Assembly: GCA_050230475.1 (NCBI GenBank)
Contig: JBFLGF010000125.1
Location: forward strand, 58,403 to 78,402
DNA: 20,000 bases
Reading direction: 5' to 3'
Source: Ancylonema sp.
Lineage: Eukaryota
In this document: positions 1 through 9,336 of the stretch, one piece after another
How the letters are laid out: every line of letters begins with the position of its first letter
Position numbering within the stretch: the first letter of the stretch is position 1
Translations under genes and position numbers: made by a program
The notes under the pieces: model-generated
Databases searched by the model: none
Seen by the model: the letters and a program-made list of their open reading frames with translations, nothing else
Told to the model about the DNA's origin: nothing

Positions 1-10
1 GAAGACCTGA

Positions 11-1379
11 TCAAATATAGCTCCTCGAATGGTTTTCAACGCGCCCAATTTCAGGTGTCGCTACGCTACCGACGCCATCGACGAGTTCTACAACTGTACG
101 CGGTACTTCCACTGTTGGGTTAATGGTTGGATTGACTAATTCTCGGCCGAGGAGGTCAGTGATGGTTTCCATCGCTGCTCGAAGTTGCTCCTTAATCTCC
201 TCCTTTGCTGCATGAAACTCGTGTTTCATCCTTGCCACCTCTTTGTGGAGTCCCTCCTCTTCGTTTGGGGTCGTGTCCTGGGAGAGTAGGGGATGGTTTG
301 TAGGGAAGGAGGGTGAGGGATGGTTTGGAAGGAAAGAGGGTTGGTCATTGCATCGCTACAATCTTCAATGTTTTTCCCTTCTGATTATTGCTTACTTTGT
401 AGTTTGCGACCACTCGTCGGACTTCTTCTGCAAATGGGATCCACTCCGCGAGCTTGAAAACCTCGTGATTTAGAACTGGTGAAGAAGGATTTTTTTCGCA
501 TAGATCTTTTTGAAAACCACATTATTCTCACCTTTTGTTTCGAGTTGACGTGTTTCAATTTGCGGCGTTCAGAATCCCCTTGATGATAGGGTTGTGGCGA
601 AGTCTCTGCTCCTCCTTGTCCATTGATGCGCACTCTCGTAGATGACGGTCCACAAACGACTTCATGTACTTCTGAAGCACATCGTAGCTTGCTCCCTAAT
701 CCAGAACCCAGCCATGACCAGAGATTAATAAAATGGAAGGTATTCAAACACGCCTACCGAATCTAAGATAAGGGCAATAAATAATCACCTGTTCCGCTTT
801 GTGTTTCAAAAAAGCAATGACCATATCCGTTGACAAGGGGATACCCTTTTTCCACCCAATAATCCTGCAGAATCACAATTAACAAGTTCATGAGCGCGTG
901 ACAAATTTTATAATCATAGGCGCATCTGTTGCCAATGAAAAATTTGCCGGCTGAAATGAATTCTCATTCATCAAGACGCCCTAGTTACTCTAAGAACTCA
1001 GTCGCAAGGTGGCAGTATAAATTGATTTCTTTAATAATAATAATTTGGATTGGTTAATTCAATGAAAACAATCCGAAAATATTTTTTATATATAAATGTA
1101 TCTTACTATGAAGTTTTGATAGCTCGTGTTGTAGGTGTTCCTCGTGTAGTCCGACTGGTTATTTCCCGCCTCTGCAAGCATTTCGGCCGTCTCCTCGTCC
1201 GTAAACGCGAACGGAGGTCGAGATGTAGACGGCTCGCTCCCCCCCCCACCCCCTCCTCCTAATTCCGTATCCCCAATGAGAAAAGAACACATTGAACGTA
1301 CTGTGAGGAGGAAAATCAACCACACAACCCTCCTCATGGTCGGGCACTCCGAAGACAAGAACATGCCGTGCGACGTCAC
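11..1379 (-). mobile_element. Decayed, spliced Crypton-like (tyrosine recombinase / Ndc10 domain II-like) transposon gene relic, internally deleted; probably continues past the left window edge
   Basis: Minus-strand pieces joined at GT-AG sites. (1) Exon ending 1107, ...EMLAEAGNNQSDYTRNTYNTSYQNFI|gtaaga. (2) Exon 864-789, DYWVEKGYP[+1 shift in C-run 837-840]LSTDMVIAFLKHKAEQ|gtgatt; with piece 1 this resembles the 'T..Y....F..W...FL' N-terminal core-binding helix set. (3) 753-704, A-C-L-N-T-[shift]-LP-FY*SLV-MAGF, matching the spacing of the Crypton 'YLxxLPxxxxxxMAGF' catalytic-Tyr motif. (4) SYDVLQK..FVDRHL..IIKGIL, KVRIMW, then DLCEKNPSSPVLNHEVFKLAEWIPFAEEVRRVVANYK|gtaagc at 396, similar to the 'P.HP...H.VF....F..F...V' end of NDC10_II. 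(5) Phase-0 join to exon 277-11. Motif matches are from memory; the 5' boundary is uncertain. Confidence 0.5.
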
Positions 1380-1860
1380 GTTTCGACGGGTGCTCCCTGC
1401 ACGCGGGAGTGAACTACTGAGGCAGTTACACGTGGGAGGGTTCGGGGGTCATGTTCGGGGTCTCGGCGAATCGGCGCATTCGGCACTATTTTTTTGTCCC
1501 GCCCGGCAGAACTGCTCGCAAAATTTTCCGCGCTCCGCGCGGATATTTCAGGTACCGGTACTTCCCAGTACTGTGACTTCGGACGTCCGCCGGTGCCGTC
1601 CGCCTTCCTACGGGTTCCGAAAACTTCCGACGCCCGCCGGCACCTCTTCCTATTCTTATGCGTAGACGTTTACAGTACATTCCATGATTTTGGAAACAAC
1701 CCGGCACCCCTGGGGTGTAGGAAGTACCCCCCCCCCTCCGGCGAATAATAATATAATTTTAACGCCTATGGCCGCGCACCGCGCGCGAAATTTGCGCACG
1801 CGTGCGGGACGCGCAAGCCAAGGACCCAACTATGATGCCAAGCATAGTCTCATTGCCAAC

Positions 1861-2769
1861 CATAGTTTCACCAATATGTGGGTGCCGTTTGCAAACATCC
1901 GTTTGCATACGAGGCATACATGACCTGTGCCGTATGTAGCTTTCCATACGACTGATTATTCTTTATTAGTTTTGGAAAATAAAAAATAAAAACTCCATGT
2001 CGGAGTTTCCCTATAAAAATAATCGTGTTTCCTTTGTTAATTTGTGTTGTTTCCATTTCTTTATTTATCGTCTTTATATCCATCCATGATAATTAAATTC
2101 TATTTTTTAATGATTATTCACATCTTGTCGTTTTGTACTAAATGATAAATATATTTCAATATACCAAAACTTCGGCACTCCGTTCATCTTCCATCTTCCC
2201 CATTTCAAACCTTATATCCAATTATCTCATGCTTGCATTAACAAGGGGAAATATAATCTTTGCTCAACAATAAATACAAATTCCACTTCGTTTTTTTTTT
2301 CTCCCCCTCAAATCACATATTATTTATCCACATCATCGTCTTCTAACTGGAAGGGGTGGAGGAACGAGTTGACAAGCTGAGCGTGGAACGTGTCCGGTCA
2401 AGACTTCAATGAATGGTATCTTATTCTCGCCGCCAGTTACCTATACTCGCCGCCAAGTATCTAACCAAACCCTACACAAATTGCGTGTTCCATAGGTACA
2501 TCTATGAAGATGCTAATCGGAAAGACAATGTCAGTCGCTAAAACGTAGACCTACACCTACACCTACACTTTCAAGGTAGGCCAAAAGCTTAGGTTTACGA
2601 CGCACGAGCATTAGTTATTTTGTTATAGAACAACCATACCCCTAAAATGTTATTTTCAGTATGTAATTTTTGCCCGAACGTATGTAGCCGAGTGGAAGCT
2701 CCACGTATGGCTGGAAAATGTATGGGATTCGGAGTATGTGTTTTCTTTTGCCGTATGTGTGCAACTATG
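1861..2769. mobile_element. Putative non-autonomous DNA element with short imperfect TIRs (CATAGTT...AACTATG)
   Basis: 1861-1878 catagtttcaccaatatg vs reverse complement of 2752-2769 catagttgcacacatacg (14/18). The 8-bp flanks ttgccaac (1853-1860) and acgccaac (2770-2777) match 6/8. CATAC/GTATG motifs cluster near both ends (about 1906-1950 and 2659-2757). The interior is AT-rich with no credible ORF. Confidence 0.45.
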
Positions 2770-3255
2770 ACGCCAACATGGATCTCCACTTTACATTGGA
2801 ATCGAGAGCTAAGGCTTTTAATGAAAATGCTACCAACAATATCATATGGGATTACAAAAGATTATAATGTCCTCCGATTTGGGTTGTGCACAGCCACATG
2901 TACCATACATGTTTTCGCACGCTCAAGGATTTGACGACACGTATCCACGTGTCCAAACATCGTTATTAGAAACATCCTCGCGAGTTCTCCCATATGAAGT
3001 TAAATAAACACTGAATAAGATACATCCGCTATACTAAAATTTTCCCCAACACTTTTCCTGCGCTCATATGCGCTCGCTGGCGTGACACGTGGTGTTCACG
3101 GTCGCAACGCGGGTCTCGATTGTGAAGTCATGGCTGTGCCCACTAGTATTGCGCTTGGATTGCCGTCTTCAAGTCAGACCTGCTAGAACGTCCAAAGTTC
3201 CAGGCAGTAGTTGCAAATTTCGGTTTGCGGGGGCTGGTAGTGTCGCCTGGTACCG

Positions 3256-6024
3256 ATGGCTGCCAATGCCTTGACCATGAATGTTATGCTGGCCATCAAA
3301 GCGAAACACACCAGCAATCTTGAATTGTACAGGCCGCTGCGCCATTTCAGAGTAGCGCACTATTCGGAGCGAGAAGCTCAGAGTGCTGAGGATGATCTGC
3401 ACGCACTGCAGCAGATGCGAGTCGACATGGAGGCGCAAGGGGATGCTTTAGAGCCTCGTCGGGACCTTCTACAGAAGTATTACCGCGCCCTCTGTGTCGT
3501 CGAGACGCGGTTTCCCTTCAGCAACCAACGCGATCATGTAAATTCTGTGTTCTTCACATGGTTCGATGCGTTCAAGCCTAACAAGAAAGCCAGCCAGCAA
3601 AACATTTATTTCGAGACAGCGGGGGTGCTATTCAACGTGGCGGCAGCTCAAAGTCAACTGGGCTTGGCAGCAGACCGCTCGTCTGTGGCAGGTCTGCGAC
3701 AAGCCTGCAATTCGTTCCAGGCTGCGGCTGGCGCTTTCGCCTATCTCCGAGACAATGTCTCTATCAAAGCTGCCGGAGGGAATCCGGGAAACACGACCAC
3801 AGACGTCTCGTCGGAGTGTGCTGGGATGTTGGAACGCCTGATGCTTGCGCAGGCGCAGGAGTGTTTCTTTGAGAAGGTGCTGGCAGACGAGAAGCCGGCC
3901 GTTTTGTGTGGAAAGATTGCAAAGCAAGTGGGAATGTTCTATGAGGAAGCTTACGCGGCTCTTCTACTCCCGCCTCTGAACCAGCACTTCGACCGCAGCT
4001 GGATTTGTCATGTTCAACTGAAGGCCGCTATGTTTCAGGTCGAGTCGCTGTACCGAACGGCTATCGACTTGCACGAGAACGACAATATCGGGGACGAGAT
4101 TGCGAGGTTGAAGGCGGGTCTGGCCATTCTGACAGAGGCTCGGAAGAGTGTCGGACGGGGCACCGTGGCCCCACTGCTCGATTCCGTGGCCAAACTGGAG
4201 GCCAACGTGCAGCGAAACCTAGAGCGCGCCATCAAGGAGAACGAACGCGTCTACCTCATGCGGGTGCCTGCCTTCGAGAGTCTCCCCCCCGTCGTGGCAG
4301 CCAGCTTGGTGCAGCCGACTTCTCAGCACGAGGTTCTGGACCCTTCCCGCGAAAAGATGTTTGTGGGCCTCGTGCCGGACAGCTCCGCCAAGGCTCTGTC
4401 CAAGTACACGGAGATGGTGGACAGCCTCATTCGCGAACAGGCACAGAAGCTGCAGAACGAGTCGGACCTCACACGTGTTAAGCTCCGGGAGATGGACCTT
4501 CCCGACTCCCTCCTCGCGCTGGACGGGGGTCAGTTGCTGCCCGAGGCCGTCAAGGACGACGTGGAGGCGGTGATGCTGGACGGGGGGGCAGCCGGGCTGG
4601 GTGGGGAGATGGCCCAGGTGCGCGACCTGCGGCGGGTGAACCAGGAGCTGTTGGTGCAGACCGAGGAGGTGCTGGACAAGGAGGCACGGGAGGACGCGCA
4701 GATCCGCACCCAGTTCGGCACCCGCTGGACCCGCCCCGCCTCCTCCACCCTCACCAAGAACCTGCGCGACCGCGCCAACGGGTTTGCTGCCAACTTGAAG
4801 CAGGCGGCCGACTCTGACGCGCGCATCGAGCGCACCATCACGGAACACGAGGACCTCATGGCCATCCTCGCCATCCGACCGATCGAGGCTGCGCTGCCAA
4901 CGCTCAGCCGTCCGCTGATGTCCGTGCACGGGAACGAGGACACGATTGCTGGGAGATTGAAGCAGCAGCTGGTGAGCAGAGGTGGGCAGCAGGGAGAGAA
5001 CCGGAGGGAGGCTGAGGTCGGGGTTGGGTGCAGGCGGAGCTGGAGAAGCTGGGGTCGCAGCGGGCGGGACTGGAGGACCTTCTCAAGGATATGAAGAGGA
5101 AGGTGAGGTGGAGGAGGAGGAGGGAGGGTAGAAGGTGGGAGGGAGGGTGGTGGCAGGAGAGCAGAGTCCCTGAGGGGGGTAGGTTGTGTTGTTTGCAGGA
5201 CGACATTCTTGGTCGTATGATGAACAATCCCGCGGGTGCCTCCTACGATGACCTCTTCCAACAGGAGCTGGCCAAGTACCACCCCATAGTAGCACAGATT
5301 GCCAAAAACGTGGAGGCCCAGGATGCCCTGCTGCAGCACATCAAGGTCAGGCACCGCCTCTGCGTCCCAACCCCAACACACAACACGGGGGCTGAACAGG
5401 GGGGGGGGCAGAGCCGGTTTGCAGATTCAAAACGACGCCTTTGGTGCCGCCCTTAACCTGGGCGACCACAAGCGCGCGCGCGACGCCGTGGTGACGAAGA
5501 TTGGGAGTGCGGTGGCCAAGTACCGAGAGATCCGCGACAACATGAACGAGGGACTCAAGTTCTACATCACCCTCCAGGACGCCATCACCGCCCTGAAGCA
5601 GCAGTGTGGGGATTTCGTGATGACACGATCCATCCAGTGCCGGGAGATGATGGAGACCCTGCAGCGCCAGCTGGCGGGGCTCAACTTCCCCCCCCCCGCC
5701 CCCCAGACCCAACCTCAGCAACCCTCTGGCCCCATGGGCCTCTTACAACACTACAGCCTGTTCGGGAAAGGCAAACCCCCCCCTCCTCAGCAGCAACCCA
5801 TGTACCCAGCCCCTGCGGGGGGAGGGTATTATCCGCAGGATGGGGAGGCTGCTCAGGGGGCGTATTTCCCAGGGCAGCAGCCAGGGGCCGGATATAGCTT
5901 TAGCCAGCAGCAACCAGGGTGGGGCCAGGCCCCTTCCCCTGGGTTTTACTCTCAGCCTCCCGAGCAACCCAACAATCAGCCCCCAGGGCAGCCTCCCACT
6001 GGTGGATACTACCAGCGGCATTAA
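3256..6024 (+). CDS. BRO1: ALIX / vacuolar-sorting protein BRO1 homolog (Bro1 domain + V domain + Pro/Gln/Tyr-rich tail); join(3256..4971,5034..5102,5199..5345,5425..6024), 843 aa
   Basis: Translation follows plant ALIX throughout: LYRPLR..YSEREAQ, ETRFP, WFDAFK, LERLMLAQAQEC, KENERVYLMRVP, LVPDSSAKALSKYTEMVD, FGTRWTRP, QRAGLEDLLKDMKRK|DDIL, NEGLKFYITLQDAI, then a P/Q/Y/G-rich tail. Three phase-0 GT-AG introns (4972-5033, 62 nt; 5103-5198, 96 nt; 5346-5424, 79 nt) restore a continuous 2532-nt frame ending at TAA 6022-6024. Confidence 0.95.
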
Positions 6025-6760
6025 TATGTTTATGTGGGTGAGGGATGTGAGGTGGGACAAGATGCTGAGGTTGGAAATTGTTGCATGTACATAGGAAAAC
6101 ATAGGCAGCTGGTTTGAGATCTTCTGCCATTATTTGTACTCTTGCCAAGTTTGTGTTTGTCCAGAATCAGAGTGATTCGTGTGGCATCACTACGTGTTTT
6201 GTAAATTGTCATTCTTGCTTTCTGTTGTGCCTCAGTACTAGCATGGGGTATGCCTCATGCATAGTGCACATGATTGTGCACTCAGTGTACAAACTTCCGC
6301 ACCACTCGTCAATAGGCTGCTTGTGAGGCGTATGTAAGGCGGCATATGTGGTCGAGAAGTGGGTATCACAGATTTCAAGGTACATGGACGTATCACATCC
6401 TGGGTTTGACAACTCACACTCGTTTTTCGCAATCATTACTCCCGATCAAAATTGACTTCCGCACACTTTTGTAGGGCACTTGTTCTGTGCGTGATTCCAT
6501 CCATACATTTGCGGCAAAAAGCCACCCCACTGTGTGGAGCCAACATGAAAAATCTGAAGGAAAATACTTCTAGTCAATGTAGATCACGAGACTTTCAGAG
6601 AGCATGCTGAAGCACTCTAAAAGTGAAAGATTGAAGAATGGCAAGTGCACTTGTTCATAAACAACATGTAGTACATGTATGCAATCATACGTGGTTGGTT
6701 GTCCCTTCGCACAAAGTTAACCAAAAAAAAAAAGTGTCGTGTACATGCACGTAATTAACG

Positions 6761-6806
6761 ACACACACACACGCACACAGACACACACACACGTACACAC
6801 GTACAC

Positions 6807-6857
<51 letters not shown>

Positions 6858-6947
6858 CACACACACGCACACACACACACACGCATCACACACACACACG
6901 CACACACACGCACGCACCACACACACACACGCGCGCGCGTGCGCGCA
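6761..6947. repeat. Imperfect (CA)n microsatellite ending in a (CG)n tract
   Basis: About 170 bp of acacac with cg/ta interruptions, then gcgcgcgcgtgcgcgca. Confidence 0.95.
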
Positions 6948-6961
6948 TCTTGTCATCATCA

Positions 6962-7039
6962 ACCTACCCACCCATCCACCCGTCCACCCCCCACCCATCC
7001 ACTCATCCACCATCCACCCATCACCCACCCACCCATCCT
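6962..7039. repeat. Degenerate (CCAC/CCAT)n tetranucleotide repeat
   Basis: acctacccacccatccacccgtccacccccacccatccactcatccaccatccacccatcacccacccacccatcc. Confidence 0.85.
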
Positions 7040-7499
7040 ACTTCTTGTTAGAGAAGGAATGATCAAGAAGTATCGCTCTCCACAAGAAGTAACCTCTACT
7101 GCTTGTGGAAAGCGGTTTCCCCCCGTGTCCTCCAGCGCCCCGGTCGTCCCCTCTCCCCTCGTACAAAACAAATTGTATGACTATAGACTTTGTATGGACG
7201 TCTTTTATACGTGTAAGGCGTTCGGATTCCACCAAAAACAAGACAATAAAACACTAACACGTGGATTGAAACGTACGGAAATATACGTGTAGAAACTTGT
7301 GAGACCAATGCGACACCCGTGTGATATCAAATCACGTGTTTGATGATGTTTTTACGTGCCTGAACTCTCACGAACCTTTCCATCATAGTTGGTCCCCAAG
7401 CCTCCGATTTCCAATCGTGTTTCTTACCGGATTGGGCCCGATACGGAACGGAACGCGCTCCCGATTGGATCGGGGCCGATAAGGTTCACATAAAACAAA

Positions 7500-8107
7500 T
7501 GATAAAATTATCTTCAGGGTTTTTGACGCCACACTCGGTGAATGTGAATTTGTATTTTGTATCGTGCGACCTCCGTGCAATACGAGCAAACGAGTGTCTA
7601 TGACGCTATAAATTTGATATGAAGTAGCATCATATCCTTTCTTGAAAGTCATCCTTGGGGGTTTCCTACGCTACAATTGGTATGAGGGTATGTTTCGTGC
7701 CATACAACATTTTCGCAAAATCAGAAATAATAATGCAAGTCGCAAGCCGAAATAATAGTGCATGGTGTTGGTCAATTCCATTAACCAACATCTTATTGTT
7801 TGCAAGTCACCCTCGGGGAATATGTACGCCACACTCGGTGCATGTGAAGTGGTATATCGTATCATATAACCGCCTCCCAACGCATAAATGTTAGGGCAAG
7901 TCACAATTACCGATTAGTACAAGTACCAATAGTGCTTTTGTTTTGCCTGAAGTAGCAACAAGTACTTCCTAGAGGCCATCGTCGAGGGTTTGTGGCGCCA
8001 CAATTAGTGCGAATGCAGGTGGTGCATATTTTACCATCCTACTTTTGTGCAAAACGAACGCAATAGTGCGAGTCGTAGGCATCAAATAGTAGGTTGCCAA
8101 CTCAAGC
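7500..8107 (-). pseudogene. Decayed array of about 140-170 bp repeats, probably a relic of a CxxC zinc-binding repeat protein
   Basis: Related cores at 7528 (gccacactcggtg), 7670 (gctacaattggt), 7828 (gccacactcggtg) and 7997 (gccacaattagtg). Minus-strand translations read YKFTFTECGVKNPEDNF, TNCSVGNP, YHFTCTECGVHIP and RTNCGATNP, with many stops and frameshifts. Confidence 0.4.
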
Positions 8108-8528
8108 TGTTAGTTTTTAGGGTCCGTGAACTTTTGTCGGTATATCGATTTTAGGATTTGTTCGGAAGTTAAGTTTTTAGTTTTGTCGATTTTGTCGTTT
8201 TGCCTATTGACATGATTACGATGATTAGTTTTGGCCATCTGGCAGTTTGTCGATAAGTTTAAATGATCTGGCACAATGCTTGATTATGATTGGAGTTGAC
8301 TAGTAGTTTTGATTTCTGATCAGTAGAGATCTTTGACTTCTTTGACTAGGAGGGGGCATGGATCACACTCGATTGTACTCAGTCAAGACTTGCACGCAAA
8401 ATTTTGTAATCAATCAATCTACCTCAAACTTGCACTTGTGCTGTGTGTGTTTGTAAAGCTGAGAATGTTTGTTTCAAGAGTGTGAAGATTGTTACTTCTT
8501 GCATCGATGGCAGAAGATAGCAACAACA
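8108..8528 (+). repeat. 5' LTR (421 bp)
   Basis: Starts tgttag and ends aaca; direct repeat of 12129-12532, with about 21 substitutions and indels of 1, 7 and 9 bp by manual alignment. Confidence 0.96.
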
Positions 8529-8529
8529 G

Positions 8530-8541
8530 TGGTATCAGAGC
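8530..8541 (+). other. Primer-binding site complementary to the 3' end of initiator tRNA-Met
   Basis: TGGTATCAGAGC, 1 nt downstream of the 5' LTR. Confidence 0.95.
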
Positions 8542-9190
8542 AAGGTACTGCATTTTAGATGGAGACAAAGTTTCTTTCCAAGCTTGGCGATCTAAGGCAT
8601 CTGCAACACTTGATGACGCGGATTGTCTTGAGATCTGCAAGGGAATAGAAACAAAACCAAAAGAAGTTTACCCAGCATATGATGACGAGAACTGGATCAC
8701 ACATCGGGATGAGATGGATCAGTACATAGAAGACATCAGAAGTTTTCGAAAATGAACTAAGAAAGCTATGATGCTACTTATGGGGCTTGTGAGTGATAAC
8801 ATTGCCACAGCTCTTGAGGAGTATGAGAGAAAACCAGCAGCCATGTGGAAGTACCTGAAACAAGAGTTTGACAAAGTTACACCGGAGCTGAAGCAGCTCG
8901 CCAAGCAGCAGCTGAATTCGTTCAAAGTAAATGAGAAGCTGTCAGTTCGAGACATTAAGAAATACTTTTTATCGATCATCAGATCTTGTGCACATCAAAA
9001 GTATAAAGTCAGTGAGGAGGACCAAGTGATGGCACTGTTACCAAGTATGGAATGCTCAAAAAGTTGTATTTTGGTCAAGCAGAGGCACCAGTAGGGTTGA
9101 TGAACTGAACGATCTGAAAGAGCAAGGTGAAAGAGATGCTGAAGCACTTGTTGTGGAAGCAAATTATGCAAAGTGGAATGCGAAACATGA

Positions 9191-9336
9191 TTTTTCGAAT
9201 CGAGGCAAAGGTGGAGGCTTTGATAGAGGAGGTGGCAGAGGTGCTGGCAGGGGAGATTATAGTTTTTTCGAATCGAGGCAGAGGTGGAGGCTTTGATAGA
9301 GGAGGTGGCAGAGGTGCTAGCAGGGGAGATTATAGT
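9191..9336 (+). repeat. 73-bp tandem duplication within the gag RGG region
   Basis: 9191-9263 and 9264-9336 differ at 2 positions; 73 is not a multiple of 3, so the frame shifts. Confidence 0.9.

Noticed and set aside
1276..1947. Several 60-130 aa ORFs in the CpG-rich stretch
   Set aside because: They overlap in multiple frames with no motif; more likely non-coding upstream or terminal sequence of the left-hand element.
2946..3091. Two G-box/ABRE-like CACGTG motifs upstream of BRO1
   Set aside because: The hexamer also occurs several times in non-promoter parts of the window, so it is not supportable as regulatory from sequence alone.
4972..5094. C-terminal extension of the 612-aa ORF (VSRGGQQ...FSRI)
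   Set aside because: Read-through into intron 1; homology resumes in another frame at 5034.
4219..5721. Long minus-strand ORFs (236, 283 and 124 aa) overlapping BRO1
   Set aside because: Antisense shadows of a GC-rich coding region, with no recognisable motifs.
6685..7062. CV-repeat and HT-repeat ORFs
   Set aside because: Translations of the (CA)n microsatellite.
7500..8107. CRISPR-like repeat-spacer interpretation of the periodic repeats
   Set aside because: The repeats are highly diverged with a 140-170 bp period, the intervening sequences are themselves related, there are no cas genes, and the context is eukaryotic.
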